This document shows, piece after piece, positions 15,234 to 29,870 of a DNA stretch of 64,000 nucleotides. Under the pieces are notes generated by a model. The model had not been told where the DNA came from and made no database searches. It saw only the letters and a list, made by a program, of their open reading frames with translations. The stretch lies in NCBI GenBank assembly GCA_964016885.1, contig CAXHJY010000826.1, positions 549 through 64,548 on the forward strand, read 5' to 3'. Positions within the stretch are counted from its first letter, which is position 1; each line of letters starts with the position of its first letter. A program made the position numbers and the translations under genes. Source of the stretch: Eledone cirrhosa. Taxonomy: Eukaryota.

Positions 15234-15311
15234 TCATGTTTCCATTTCTTTGAGAGACAAGGTGTCATCCGTGGGGACAGATACGTCGAGCAAAAGACAT
15301 TTCTTTTCTTG
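15234..15311 (-). mobile_element. RLE-type (R2/R4-like) LINE endonuclease fragment
   Basis: Translates QEKKCLLLDVSVPTDDTLSLKEMET*, matching the PD-(D/E)xK restriction-like endonuclease region. Confidence 0.65.
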
Positions 15312-15390
15312 TTATCTGTAACTAAAGTATCTCGACAATTAACCTTAATCTACCTGTCTCTGTTTACTGTTGTTGCTAATTAGTCTGTCT

Positions 15391-15469
<79 letters not shown>

Positions 15470-15621
15470 GCAGAGGTTATATTTAATTTGTTGGGATTCA
15501 ACAAGCTTAAAAATGTCAACAAGCTTAAACATTTTTATAACTGATATAAAGCACTCAACAATTTAGTGGAGTAAATACACAATATATTAATAAATGGAAA
15601 CTATATTTATAAAACCATATT

Positions 15622-15687
15622 TATTTTATTATATATATTTCAAAGGCAACCAAGGCAAATTATGGTGCGCTTTCATCAGATAAAATA
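15622..15687 (-). ncRNA. type I hammerhead ribozyme (minimal stem III)
   Basis: TATTTTAT-CTGATGA-AAGCGCACCA..TGGTTGCCTTT-GAAA-TATATA-TA-ATAAAATA; 8-bp stem I. Confidence 0.8.
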
Positions 15688-15755
15688 CAGATTTGTTTTA
15701 TAAATAAATATTGACATACCCGGAAAAAAGACAACCTTAACGGTTGGAGCTTCCT

Positions 15756-15872
<117 letters not shown>

Positions 15873-15944
15873 TAAAATAAAACATTCTGTTATTTTACAG
15901 GTGTGCTACTATTGCTGTAAGACACATCCATATAATTAGTGAAA

Positions 15945-15963
15945 GAGAGAGAGAGAGATGTGA

Positions 15964-16058
<95 letters not shown>

Positions 16059-16188
16059 CGATAGAGGCAGGCAGAGAGAGATGGAGAGAGAAGGAATGAG
16101 GGAGGGAGAAATATGGATGGGGAGGGAGAGAGAGAGAGGAAGAGAGAGAGGGAGAGAGAGAAAGAGAGGGAGAGAAAGAGAGAGGGAG
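15945..16188. repeat. (GA)n microsatellite
   Basis: Direct inspection. Confidence 0.95.
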
Positions 16189-16194
16189 TGAGTA

Positions 16195-17005
16195 ATTGGA
16201 AGATTGGCAGAATCGGTAGAGCGTTGGTAAATGTGTTTTATGGCATTTAATCCCGCCGAAGATTAACTTTCACTTTCATCTCTTCGAAATCGATAAAATA
16301 AGATACCAGTAAGATACTGGGGTTGGTGTAATCGATTTTCCCCATTTCCACCAATTGCAGGCCTTGTGCCTAAATTGAAAATCAATATTTGAAAATAGAA
16401 TTACAACCCCTAATATTTCTGACCTGAAAATAGAATTAGAACCCCTAATATTTCTGACTTTCTGCCTAATCTTAGATTTAATCGATTGGTACCTCCCCAA
16501 AATTGTTGGCCTTGTATTTAAACCAGAAACCATTATTATTATGGGGGGGGGACTGTGGATTGCCAGTATCGGTAGAGCCTCGGGCACCCTGCTTTGTGGT
16601 ATAGTTACGTCCCTTTACGTTCTGAGTTCAAATCCTGCCAAGGTTAGCTTTACCTTTCATCCTTACGGGATTGATAAAATAAAGTACCAGTAATGCACTG
16701 GTGCGATTTAATCAACTCACCCCCACCACCACCACCACCACCACCACGACCACCACCACCACCAAAATTATTGGCCTTGTGCCTAAATCAGAAGTCATTA
16801 TTATTATTAGCAGGGCGGTGGATTGGCAGTATCGGTAGAGAGTCGGACACCATGCTTTGAAGCATAGAGTTACCTCTCTTTATGATCTGAATTCAAATCC
16901 CGCCGAGGTTAACTTTGCCTTTCATTCTTACGGAGTCGATAAAATAAAGTACCAGTAATGTACTGGGTAATTGCTGGCCTTGTGCCTAAAATAGAAACAA
17001 TTATT
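16195..17005 (+). mobile_element. head-to-tail cluster of three tRNA-SINE copies
   Basis: Copies at ~16195-16390, ~16550-16800 and ~16812-17005, with A box, central box and mostly (ATT)n tails. Confidence 0.85.
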
Positions 17006-17010
17006 ATTAT

Positions 17011-17702
17011 TAGCAGAAAAACTACCCTTAGGGTGGTTTTCTGCTAGCATGTGTAGTGTGTATATTGATATTATACGCAAGTATATATACATGTAGATAT
17101 GATACATCAAATACAATCGTAATTGACAATATACACAGAAATTGAACGAAGACTGTGTTACACTGTCTTATGTAATCAGTAAAGTAATCCATGAGACATT
17201 AAAAAAGACCATATTATATATAAACCGCATATATAATAAACTAAAATGTTATGAAAACGAAAATGTAGAAAATTAGCGACGGAAATATAAACATTATATA
17301 ACGATGTAAATATATAAACGTTTTTATAAGCGATGGGATAAGTGTTATAATATAACGGACGCTAACCGGAAGTGTTTACATTTGAATATTTTAAAAGAAG
17401 TGAATCTTAAAATAAGCAATCATTATATATAAGAATATTTATGTTTAATCAACAGCTACGAAATTTAGTAGATAAATTATGTAATATTCATTCACTGGGG
17501 ATTGGCAGTATCGGTAGAGGGTCGGACGCCATGCTTTTCAGCATAGTTACGTCCCTTTACGATCTGAGTTCAAATCCCGCCGAGGTTCACTTTGCCTTTC
17601 ATCCTTACGGTGTAGATAAAATAAAGTACCAGTAATGCACTGGGTGTTTGCTGGCCTTGTGCCAAAAGTAGAAACAATTATTCAGGACACAATGCCGCAC
17701 TC
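17011..17702. mobile_element. non-autonomous repeat with terminal hairpin (Helitron-like), copy 1, with SINE at ~17497-17680
   Basis: Hairpin TAGCAGAAAAACTACCCTTAGGGTGGTTTTCTGCTA; body aligns with 20856-21566 and, inverted, with 29871-30760. Confidence 0.65.
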
Positions 17703-17884
17703 CTCCCTTTATTATATTATAGATTATTATTTTCGGGTTGGCAGTGTCTGTGGGGCGTCGGACACCATGCTTTGCGGCATGGAGTTGCAGCCGTTTACGT
17801 TCTCAGTTGAAATCTCTCTCTCTCTCTTCCAGTCTAGACAGGCGTTGCATTATTCCAGGTGTTACACACATCAACGACAGTCAC

Positions 17885-18197
17885 AACTCACACCACCATC
17901 ACCACCACTACCTCACCACCACTACCTCACCACCACTACCTTATCACCAGCATCGCCATCTACAACAACACCACTAGTTCACCACCACGACCACTAGATC
18001 ACCACCATCTCCAGCATCATCATCACCACCACCAGCATAACCACCACCACTAGCACCACGACACCACCACAACGCCACCACCACCACCACGCCACCACCA
18101 CCACGCAACCACCACCACCTCTAGCACCACAAGGCCTCTACCACCACCACCACTACCATTAGCACAACAACGCCACTACCACCACCAGCACCACGCC

Positions 18198-18228
<31 letters not shown>

Positions 18229-18660
18229 CGACACCACCACCACCACCACTACCACTAGCACCACCACCATCACCACTTGCACCACGACACCACCACTACC
18301 ATCACCACCACCACCACTACCACCACCACGACACCACCACCACCACGACACCACCCCCACCACCACGACACCAGCACCAGCACCACCACCACCACCACCA
18401 CGACACCACCACCACGACAACGCCACCACCACCACCACGACACCACCAACACCACTAGCACCACAACGCTACCACCACCTCCACCACGACAACCCCACCA
18501 CCACCACCACCATACCACCATCACCTCCACCACCAAACCACCTCCACCATACCATCACCACCAGCGCACCATCACCACCACCACCACACCACCTCCACCA
18601 TACCATCACCGCCACCACCACCACCTCCAGCATACCACCACCACCACCACCACCACCACC
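17885..18660. repeat. (CAC)n trinucleotide repeat
   Basis: Direct inspection. Confidence 0.95.
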
Positions 18661-18847
18661 GTCACATCCGATGTACATTAACTAAACACATAAAACCTGG
18701 TCTGGTGTAAGCTAATAAAACCAGTAATAAACACAAGAGAAGACGGACGAGATGTGAGAATAGTATTTTCAACGATGGCTGCCTGGGGTGATATCTCGTC
18801 TCAATATAGAAATATAACCTTGTTGGATTACTGCAGTCATATTGGCT

Positions 18848-19565
<718 letters not shown>

Positions 19566-19851
19566 GCAGATGCACAGCCATCCACACATGTAGACATGTA
19601 TAAATTGATGTATAAATAAATAAAGCTAATATGAGGCAAACTTAAAAGATGAACCACGCAGAGAAATGTAGATATTTGTATTTCAATGTGAGACTTATTC
19701 TACTCACTCTTAGTCTATGTATTAGCTGTATATATATGCGTGTATCTGTATGTGTAGGTGTCTGTGAGTGTGAGTGTATGTGAGTGTGTGTCTATATATA
19801 TATATTATTGTATATATATATATAAATATATATATGTATATATATGTATAC

Positions 19852-19883
<32 letters not shown>

Positions 19884-20001
19884 TATTGTATAAATGTATG
19901 TATATACGTATTGTTGTGTATATATATATATTGTAGTATATAGAATATGTGTAGTGTAGCGCTAGAGAGGCCAAGGAAAGCTGGGTACCACCTGACAAAA
20001 G

Positions 20002-20300
<299 letters not shown>

Positions 20301-20554
20301 GCCACACAAAGCTATGCAAACAAGAGATATAAGAATATATTATACTCAAATGTAGTTTTTCTACTGCCGATTAAGTTTGGCTGAGTAACTGCACATACTG
20401 AAGGAGCCGAGTTATATCCCTCAGCAGGAAATTCGAAATGATTTCTTCCTTTCGTCAGTGGCAAAAATATTTCCTTGATATATCAGCATCTGTTGTGAGT
20501 GTGTATGTGTGTGTGGGGGGGTATGTGTGGGTGTGTGTGTGTGTCTGTGTGTTT

Positions 20555-20815
20555 GACTTCCGTCAATTCCAGAGACAAATGTTTGATGACTGCAACAGCC
20601 TGTTTGTGAAATTACCGTGGAAATGGCCGAGGATTCTACAGACACATGCACTCTTAATGAATATCTCAGGGAGATTCAGATTGACACAAGGCGGAACAAG
20701 GCTGACCCTTTGAAACAAAGGTAAAAAATCATTTTTGCCAGCCGAATGGATTGAAGCAACGTGAAAAACATGTTTTGTTCATAGAGACAATGTGCCCTAA
20801 CCACTAAGCTACGTG
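20555..20815 (-). mobile_element. tRNA-derived SINE (second family)
   Basis: Minus-strand head CACGTAGCTTAGTGGTTAGGG; body similar to 13580-13772. Confidence 0.7.
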
Positions 20816-20855
20816 TTTACATAGAACATCAGTTGTAAATGTGCATTATAATTGC

Positions 20856-21566
20856 TAGCAGAAAAACCACCCGAAGGGTAGTTTGTCTGCTAGCATGTGT
20901 AGTGTGCATATTGATAGTATTTGCAAATATACGTAATTGACAATATACACAGAAATTGAAGAGAGACCGTGTTACACTCTCTTCTGTAATCAGTAAAGTA
21001 ATCCATGATATATTTTTAAAAATACGATGTTATACAGGGTGGGCCAGAATTCCTGACTCGCTTGTTAGTTATATTTCTTAACGAAATGTTCTCTGATCGT
21101 TGGATTTAACTAAGTACCGCATTAATTAAATGTGTACATTTCTGTGCTTGCCGTATCTTGTTCATGAACTTATGCCTGTATATGGTATTATATTCCTTAA
21201 ATTTATATATATATGCAGAGGTTATATAAATTTTGTTTTAATAGATCTATTTATAATCAAGTGAGTCTTGAATTCTGGCGCACCCTGTATATAAACTCCA
21301 TTACGGTGAAATGTAATGGAAACGAAAAAGGAGAAAATTAGCGACGGAAATATAAACCGATGTGATATAGCGTCCATTATATCATAACCGGAAATAAAAT
21401 TTTAAAGAAGTGAATCTTGAAATAAGCAATAAATTATTTATATTTAATCAAGAGCTACGAAATTTAATACATAAATTATGTAATATTCGTTCATTATTTA
21501 TTCAAATTAATCCAACTTATTTTACTAAGGGGATAAAAAAATATATTCAGGACACAGTGCCGCACT
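20856..21566. mobile_element. Helitron-like non-autonomous repeat, copy 2 (hosts a MITE)
   Basis: Same terminal hairpin and ATTCAGGACAC..TGCCGCAC end as copy 1. Confidence 0.65.
21035..21287. mobile_element. Tc1/mariner-type MITE
   Basis: ~30-bp TIRs CAGGGTGGGCCAGAATTCCTGACTCGCTTG / CAAGTGAGTCTTGAATTCTGGCGCACCCTG, TA on both sides, absent from the two paralogous host copies. Confidence 0.9.
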
Positions 21567-22132
21567 TCTTACTTTAATATATTATGATGTGTGTTTGTGT
21601 GTTTGTATGGGGTGATGATATATGTGTGTATATGTTTGTATGTGTATGCATGCTTGTGTCTATGTGTATACACTTGTGTGTTTGTGGTGTATGAGTGTTC
21701 GTGTGTGTCTGTGTGCGTCCAAGCGTGTGCGTCAGTACGTGTGCGTCAGTGTGTATATGTGTGTGTGTATGTGCATGCGTCGGTGCATGTGCATCAGTGT
21801 GTGTATGTGTGTGTGTATGCATCCGTCCGTGCATGTGTGTCAGTGTGTGTATGCATGCGTCCGTTCATGTGCGTCAGTGTGTGTATGTATGTGTGTGTGT
21901 ATGCATGCGTCTGTACATGTGCGTCAGTGTCTGTATGTGTGTGTATATATGCGTCCATGCATGTGTGTCAGTGTGTGTATGTGTGTGTTTAAAGAAGCTA
22001 GTCTAAACACACAGAGGAGACCTATCAATGATGAAACACTCAATATATCTTATTACCTCCCGTTGTTCACGAAACAAAATGGCCGCCGTTTACAGTGATC
22101 TCTCGGGCTACATAAACGACATATAGGCAGAG

Positions 22133-22330
22133 AGTGAGATATTTTCAGTATCACATAAATGACATATTATGAGAAAGTGAGGTATTTTCAGTATTACATA
22201 AATGACATATAGTGAGATATTTTCAGTATTACATAAATGACATATAGTGAGATATTTTCAGTATTACATAGTGAGAAAGTGAGATATGTTAAGTATTACA
22301 TAGTGAGAAAGTAAGATATTCTTAGTATTT
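22133..22330. repeat. ~33-bp degenerate tandem repeat
   Basis: GTGAGATATTTTCAGTATTACATA unit. Confidence 0.85.
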
Positions 22331-22427
22331 CGTGGCTGGGAATACTTAACAAAAAATGTACAATTTTCGGGGAAGAAATGACAACAAAAAAAAGAGAAAA
22401 GCTAGGAAGATGCAAGAAAAAATAGAG

Positions 22428-22780
22428 ACAACAACAACAACAACAACAACAATAATAAAAAAAACAATAACAGCAACAGCAACAATACTAATAACACCAA
22501 CAGCAACAACAATAAAAACAACGACAGCAACAACAACAGCAACAACAATAAAAACAACGACAGCAACAACAACAACAACAACGTTAACAGCAATAACAAA
22601 ACAATAACAGTAACATCAATGACAACAACAATTACAATAACAACAGCAATAACAACAATAATAACAACAACAGCAACAATAACAATGATAACAACAACAG
22701 CAACAACAGTAACAGTAACAACAACAGCAGCAGCAGCAGCAGCAGCAGCCATAACAACAATAACAACAATAACAACAATT
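22428..22780. repeat. (AAC)n-rich repeat
   Basis: Direct inspection. Confidence 0.93.
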
Positions 22781-22828
22781 ATAAACAAAGAATTGAGATA
22801 TAAACAGATAAATACAAGTTGTGCTTAC

Positions 22829-22884
22829 ATAAACAGAGTTTATTTCGGCAAATTGACGTTTTCCCCCGGGGTGAAGTCTCATAT
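22829..22884 (-). other. candidate 56-nt exon
   Basis: Pyrimidine-rich acceptor ending CACTCACAG, donor GTAAGC; frame MRLHPGGKRQFAEINSVY. Confidence 0.35.
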
Positions 22885-23106
22885 CTGTGAGTGGGGGAGT
22901 GGGGAATGGGATAATGGTGATAACTTGATGATACCCGTGCTAGTGGTGGTGGTGGTGGTAGTAGTGGTGGTGATGGTGGTGGTGGTGGTGGTGGTGCTGG
23001 TGGTGGTGGTGTTGGTAGTAGTGGTGGTGGTGGTGATGGTGGTGGTAATGTTAGTGGTGGTGGTGGTAATGTTTGTGGTGGTACTAACATTAAAAAGAGT
23101 TGTTAC

Positions 23107-23142
23107 CATTTACACTGAAGAGGTAGTTACATGCTCAGATTC
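23107..23142 (-). other. candidate 36-nt exon
   Basis: Acceptor TTTTAACACTTTTGTTCGCTGCAG, donor GTAACA; all three frames contain a stop. Confidence 0.25.
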
Positions 23143-23264
23143 CTGCAGCGAACAAAAGTGTTAAAAAAAACCGTATCAATCCATGCATTATGAAAGATGT
23201 GTTCCTTAGTAACTTTGGTCAATTTCATCCATTATTAACCCAAAATCATGCTTAGAAATGCGAA

Positions 23265-23301
<37 letters not shown>

Positions 23302-23304
<3 letters not shown>

Positions 23305-23437
23305 CAAATGAATTGTGGTAAGGTACTATATGGACCATAACGCACCAGAGTACTCAATACTTAGGGTACTAGAGTGGGAAATAGGAAAAAGTATGACCCC
23401 CGACGGCAAAGCTCAAGCCGTCGGGGTCATACTTTTT

Positions 23438-23443
<6 letters not shown>
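23302..23443. mobile_element. fold-back PLE-type terminus in (TA)n
   Basis: ~27-bp inverted arms at 23381-23443; right arm resembles the element end at 54842-54871 (GCTCA..GTCGGGGTC..TTCCTATA). Confidence 0.6.
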
Positions 23444-23498
<55 letters not shown>

Positions 23499-23502
<4 letters not shown>

Positions 23503-23880
23503 TAGGATTGGTGCTCTGAAATAGCGATGTATACATGAATGTATGTATCGTATATTTGGCAATATACTGTATGTTTAATTAAAAACATTTTGAAGAACTT
23601 GCGCTATTTAAAGTAGTGACTATGTCATTTACTTTTTTTTTTGGGGGGGGGGGCAAATGAAGTGAGTGAAGCTGACAGATTCTGGTTCACACTGTTGGTG
23701 ATCCTCAGAGCAATGTACTCCCCGCCTCTGCCGAAAATTATAGAGGTTGGATTCCATTAATAATCAGGAACTGATTATACAGAGCGATTGCTGGTCCAGC
23801 AAAAAGTAAAAATTAGGATTGGTGTTCTGACATAGCGATGTATATTAAGTAGTTTCTCAGCCCTTGTAATTCTAAACACA
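23499..23880 (-). mobile_element. terminally redundant 311-bp unit with degenerate hammerhead (retrozyme-like)
   Basis: ATTAGGATTGGTG.TCTGA.ATAGCGATGTATA at 23501 and 23812; minus-strand GCT-CTGAGGA-TCAC..GTGT-GAAC-CAGAATCTG-TC-AGC at 23671-23711. Confidence 0.6.
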
Positions 23881-23895
23881 TATTTTTTTCTATAT

Positions 23896-23959
<64 letters not shown>

Positions 23960-24107
23960 TTGTGTATGAATATCCTGTTGACTCAAGAAACATTAAGAAA
24001 ATTTGAATTTGAAAATGTAGTCGTTCCAACGTAAATGAGTCTAACATCAGTCGATCGTTATAAATAATCGTATCCAATGGTTCACTACCCGACATTTTCA
24101 ATTATTA

Positions 24108-24298
24108 TGCGGTAGATTGGCAGTAGCGGTAGAGGGTCGGACCCCATGCTTTGCAACAAAGAGTTACGGCCCTTGCCATTGTGAATTCAAATCCTGCTGA
24201 GGTTAACTTTTCCTTTCATCCTGACGGGGTCGATAAAATAAAGTACCAGTAATGTACTGGATAATTGCTGGCCTTGTGCCTAAAGTAGAAACAATTAT
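24108..24298 (+). mobile_element. tRNA-derived SINE
   Basis: Same family as 9452-9672. Confidence 0.85.
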
Positions 24299-24376
24299 TT
24301 ATAGTGATCGACTATTTTATAGTCATTTAAGTTGGGACGACTATATCTTCATATATATATGTGTGTATATGTGTGC

Positions 24377-24443
<67 letters not shown>

Positions 24444-24518
24444 CAGAAATAACGAAGCAAACGACACAGTACATTGAAGAAATATATTAGTTTAACACTT
24501 GAAAAAACAGAAAAAAGA

Positions 24519-24556
24519 ATCTTAACGTTTCGTAAACTAGTCCTTCATCAAAAGAT
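24519..24556 (-). ncRNA. degenerate minimal hammerhead motif
   Basis: ATCTT-TTGATGA-AGGACTAGTTTAC-GAAACGTT-AAGAT; C3U without compensation, weak stem II. Confidence 0.5.
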
Positions 24557-24654
24557 AGAAGTTGAAATAAAAGATGAAATAGAAAGATAAAGAGTGAGAC
24601 AAAATGAGAAATGCACACACACATACACACATATACATATATATACATACAGGT

Positions 24655-24691
<37 letters not shown>

Positions 24692-24734
24692 CATACAGAT
24701 ACACACACACACATATATATATATACATACAGAT

Positions 24735-24765
<31 letters not shown>

Positions 24766-25002
24766 CATACAGATACACACACACACATATATATATATAT
24801 ACACACACAGACACACACACATATATATATACACAGCTACACACACACATATATATATACACAGATACACACACACATATATATACACAGATACACACAC
24901 ATATATATCTACACAGATACACACAGACACACATATATATATGTTGATTTAAAACTGCACTATCCACAAGTGTTTTTTAGCCTTCATATCATGTTCTCCT
25001 GT

Positions 25003-25069
25003 TTTTATCTGATGAAAACACAAATATTATTGCATGATGATGTTTGTTTTTGAAATGCGCATAATAAAA
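25003..25069 (+). ncRNA. type I hammerhead ribozyme (minimal, palindromic GCGC loop)
   Basis: TTTTAT-CTGATGA-AAACACAAATA..TGTTTGTTTTT-GAAA-TGCGCA-TA-ATAAAA. Confidence 0.8.
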
Positions 25070-25255
25070 TACATGGAACTCCTTTAACCATCTTTTGATC
25101 TTATATTATGTATACTCCAGTCCTACAAACTGTAGAGTGCTTCTTATCCGATATCTGCATTGCTATATTGTACTACAATAAAACTCACCTCCTACATATA
25201 TATATATATATATATATACACAGATACACACACACATATATACATATATATACAA

Positions 25256-25286
<31 letters not shown>

Positions 25287-25317
25287 CACACACACACATA
25301 TATACATATATATACAA

Positions 25318-25413
<96 letters not shown>

Positions 25414-25419
25414 TCAGAT

Positions 25420-25468
<49 letters not shown>

Positions 25469-25941
25469 TAAACACACACGCATCTGTATATACACAGATA
25501 CACACACATACATACATACATACATATATATATATATATGTATGTGTGTGTGTTTGTATATAAATGTGTGTGTGTGTGTGTGTGTGTGTGTTAGTCAGGA
25601 TATAATACATATAAATAAAGTCTGTTTGATAAATTATAAGTATATTCATGAATGACAATGTATGGAAGAGAGAGATAGGTAGAGAGAGAGATGGGTGAGA
25701 GAGAGAGAGTGAGTGAGGTAGAGAGAGGGAGGAAGGGGAGGTAGAGAGAGGGGGGGAGAGAAAGAAAGAAAGGAAAGAAAGAAAAAAAAGAACGAAAGAA
25801 AAAAGTGAGAGAGGATTATATGTACGTGTGTATATATATATATATGTGTGTGTTTGTCTGTCTGAGTGTATACGTATATATATATAAATGTGTATATATG
25901 TGTATTCGTGTGTGTATATAAATGTGTATATATATATATAT

Positions 25942-26534
25942 ACCTGTCTCATGGTCGGGTCGTTGGCGACTAAACTGGCAACCCCACCAAGGTTTCTTGG
26001 TGAGGAGGGTGACTTTGGACATCCTGCAGGACTAAAAACAAAACCTGTCAAAGGGCAAAGGAGCTCTTAAGAGTCAATGGCCATCCAAAATCACCGGGAG
26101 AGATGACCCCTTTAGCCTTAGTCAAGGCAGAATTCTAGGAGAAGGAAAACTCTGATATAACACCTGCAACCCTGATGGTATCCAATGATGTTGACTTGTT
26201 CTTCTTTTTGGTAAATAGCATCTTGGTTAAGAGAGTGGGACTGGCTTTGTGCAGTGCCTTTGCTCACTATAAAAGCTTCACGGCACAGGCATTGCTTTAT
26301 ATCTGGAGATCTCTCTGCACTTGTCCTCACATGGGCCCAGCACTATGTGTCAATAATTGTCCTACCATGGGCCTAGCACTATGTGTCAATAATTGTCACA
26401 GGTGTAGTGTTTGTACCAGAGGTTTCAAGTCGCTGGCTGGACTAAAAAGTCACACTCGTTCAGCGCTTCGGTAGGGGTTATCCTACATGGATGTAAAGTA
26501 GTGGCCGTACTCGAAAACGAGTTGGCAGCCACCA
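25942..26534 (+). mobile_element. ~590-bp non-autonomous RTE-related element, copy 1
   Basis: Closely similar inverted copy at 58433-58995; 3' part encodes C2H2-like CSVCTRGFKSLAGLKSHTR as in RTE ORF ends; ends in (TA)n. Confidence 0.7.
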
Positions 26535-26907
26535 TATATATATATATGTGTGTGTATCTGTGTCTGGGTGTATAAGTGTATATATTTGTATTTGTGTGTA
26601 TATATAAATGTGTATATATAAATGTGTATAAATTAAATGTATATGAGTCTGAGTGTATAAGTATATATATATATATGTATATATGTTTATTTGTGTGTAT
26701 ATATAAATATGTATATATAAATGTGTATATATAAATATATATATGAGTCTGAGTGTATAAGTATATATATGTATATATGTTTATTTCTGTGTATATATAA
26801 ATATGTATATATGTTTTTTGTGTGTATATATAAATGTGTATATATGTTTATTTGTGTGTATATATAAATGTGTATATACATGTGTATATCTGTGTCTGAG
26901 TGTATAA

Positions 26908-26955
<48 letters not shown>

Positions 26956-28100
26956 ATATATGTGTATTTGTGTGTATATATATATGTGTAGTTGTGTGTA
27001 TATATAAATATGTATATATATATATATATATATATCTGTATATCTGTGTCTGGATGTATAAGTATATATATAAATGTGTATATATGTTTATTTGTGTGTA
27101 TATATAAATATGTATATATATATATATATATATCTGTATATCTGTGTCTGGATGTATAAGTATATATATAAATGTGTATATATGTTTATTTGTGTGTATA
27201 TATAAATATGTATATATGTGTATTTGTGTGTATATATAAATATGTGTATATATATATATGTGTATATCATGTCTGGATGTATAAGTATATATATATATAT
27301 ATAAATGTGTATATATACTTATATATAATAAGTATATATATATATAAATGTGTATATCATGTGTATAAGTATATATATATATATAAATGTGTATATATGT
27401 GTATTTGTGTGTATATATAAATATGTGTATATATATATGTGTATATCATGTCTGGATGTATAAGTATATATATATATATATAAATGTGTATATATGTGTA
27501 TTTGTGTGTATATATAAATGTGTATATATAAATGTATATATAAATGTGTATGTATGTCTGGGTGTATAAGTATATATATATGTGTATATATGTTTATTTG
27601 TGTGTATATATAAACGTATATATATAAATGTGTATGTATGTCTGGATGAATAAGTATATATATATATGTGTATATATGTTTATTTGTGTGTATATATAAA
27701 TGTATATATATATATGTGTATATCTGTGTATTTGTGTATATATATAAATGTGTATACATAAATATGTATATATATAAATGTGTATGTATGTCTGGGTGTA
27801 TAAGTATATATATATGTGTATATATGTTTATTTGTGTGTATATATAAATGTATATATATATATATGTGCATATCTGTGTATATATATAAATGTGTATACA
27901 TAAATATGTATATATATAAATGTGTATGTATGTCTGGATGTATAAGTATATATATATATATATGTGTATATATGTTTATTTGTGTGTATATATAAATGAA
28001 TATATATATATATGTGCATATCTGTGTATATATATAAATGTGTATACATAAATATGTATATATATAAATGTGTATGTATGTATGGGTGTATAAGTATATT
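26535..28100. repeat. TA/TG-derived complex minisatellite with ~148-bp higher-order period in its distal part
   Basis: Near-identical ORF-track translations offset by 148 bp (27680 vs 27828). Confidence 0.85.
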
Positions 28101-28345
28101 GCTGTTTAAAAGCTATTTAAAAGCTATTTAAACGATATACAAGCTTCATCTTTATATTGTTGTTGGTGTTTTAATCCTTAAGAAAATATCTCAGTTTTAC
28201 ACAACCATTTGCCTCCATTTTATTAAAGACAAGGTTTAAATATAGAAAAATATATATTGTCTGTAGAATAAATTAAACAAGTTTATCAACTACGGTTGGC
28301 TGCCATTGGAGATGATAATAGATAGATAGGAAATGTTATCTCATA

Positions 28346-28698
28346 TGGATTGGCAGTAGCGGTAGAGGGTTGGACGCCATGCTTTGACGCAAGAGTTACG
28401 GCCCTTTATGGTCTGAGTTCAAATGTCGCCGAGGTTAACTTTGCCTATCATCCTTACTGGGTCGATAAAATAAAGTACCAGTAATACACTGGCACAATTG
28501 CTGGCCTTGTGCCAAAAGTAGAAACAATTATTATTATTATGTGGATTGGCAATATCGGTAGAGGGTCGGACGCCATGCTTTGACGTATAGAGTTTCGGCC
28601 CTTGCCATTCTGAGTTCAAATCCCGCCGGGGTCGATAAAAGAAAGTACCAGTAATACACTGGAATAATTGCTCGCCTTGTGCCAAAAGTAGAAACAGT
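28346..28698 (+). mobile_element. two tandem tRNA-SINE copies
   Basis: ~28346-28530 and ~28540-28698, the second internally deleted. Confidence 0.85.
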
Positions 28699-28799
28699 TA
28701 TCTCATATTTGTGACTTGTGAACATTTAAAGTGGGAGGAAGATAGTTGTCCTCCATTAACGTATTTTACTGTATGTTACAACGTTTGGGGCTGTAAGGG

Positions 28800-28928
28800 G
28801 GGGGGAGTGTGTGGGTGTGTGTGTGTGTGTGTGTGAGTGTGTATGTGTGTGTGTGAGTGTGTGTGTCTGTGTGTGCGGGTGTGTGTGGATGGGTGTGTGT
28901 GTGCGTATGTGTGTCTGTCTGTGTGAGT

Positions 28929-28959
<31 letters not shown>

Positions 28960-29560
28960 GATGGGTGTGTGTGTGTGTGTCTGTCTGTGTGAGTGTGTGA
29001 GTGTGTGTATGTGTGTATGTCTGTGTGGGTGTGTGTGTCTGTATGGGTGGATGTGTGTGTGTATGTGTGTGTGTGTGTCGATGTCTGTGTGTGTGTGTGG
29101 GTGGGTGGGTGTGTGTATGTGTGTCTGTCTGTGTGAGTGTGTGAGTGTGTGTGTGTGTGGATGGGTGTGTGTGTGTCTGTCTGTGTGAGTGTGTGAGTCT
29201 GTGTATGTGTGTATGTCTGTGTGGGTGTGTGTGTCTGTATGTGTGGATGTGTGTGTATGTGTGTGTGGGTGTCGATGTATGTGTGGGTGTGTCGATGTAT
29301 GTGTGGGTGTGTGGATGGGTGTGAGTGTGTGTGTATGTCTGTCTGTTTGAGTGCGTGTATGTGTATGGGTGGGTGGGTGGGTGAGTGTGTGTGTTTGTGT
29401 GTGTAAGGGTGGGTGTGAGTGGGTGTGTGAGTGTGCGTGTGAGTGTGTGTGTGTGTGTGTGTCTATAAGGGTGTATGTGCGAGTGTGTGTGTTTGTGTGT
29501 GTATGTCTGTGTGGGTGTGTGTGGGGGATAGATGTCTGTGTGGGTGTGTGGGGGATAGAG
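28800..29560. repeat. (GT)n-derived complex repeat
   Basis: Direct inspection. Confidence 0.93.
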
Positions 29561-29748
29561 ACAATAATAAAAAAAGAGGTGAGCAAGATATATAGAGGAT
29601 GAATTGGCCCAGTATTTAACTGGAACTTTTTCTTATCTATCAACCTGGATGAAAGCAGAAGTTGACGTTAGCAAGATTTGAACTCAGAAAACAAAGACCC
29701 GTATATTAGGTTATATTAAGATGATGATGATGATGACGATGGCTATAG

Positions 29749-29813
<65 letters not shown>

Positions 29814-29870
29814 ACTCACTGGGTGATATTAAGATGGATATCATAATATAATAAAGGGAGATATAATAAA

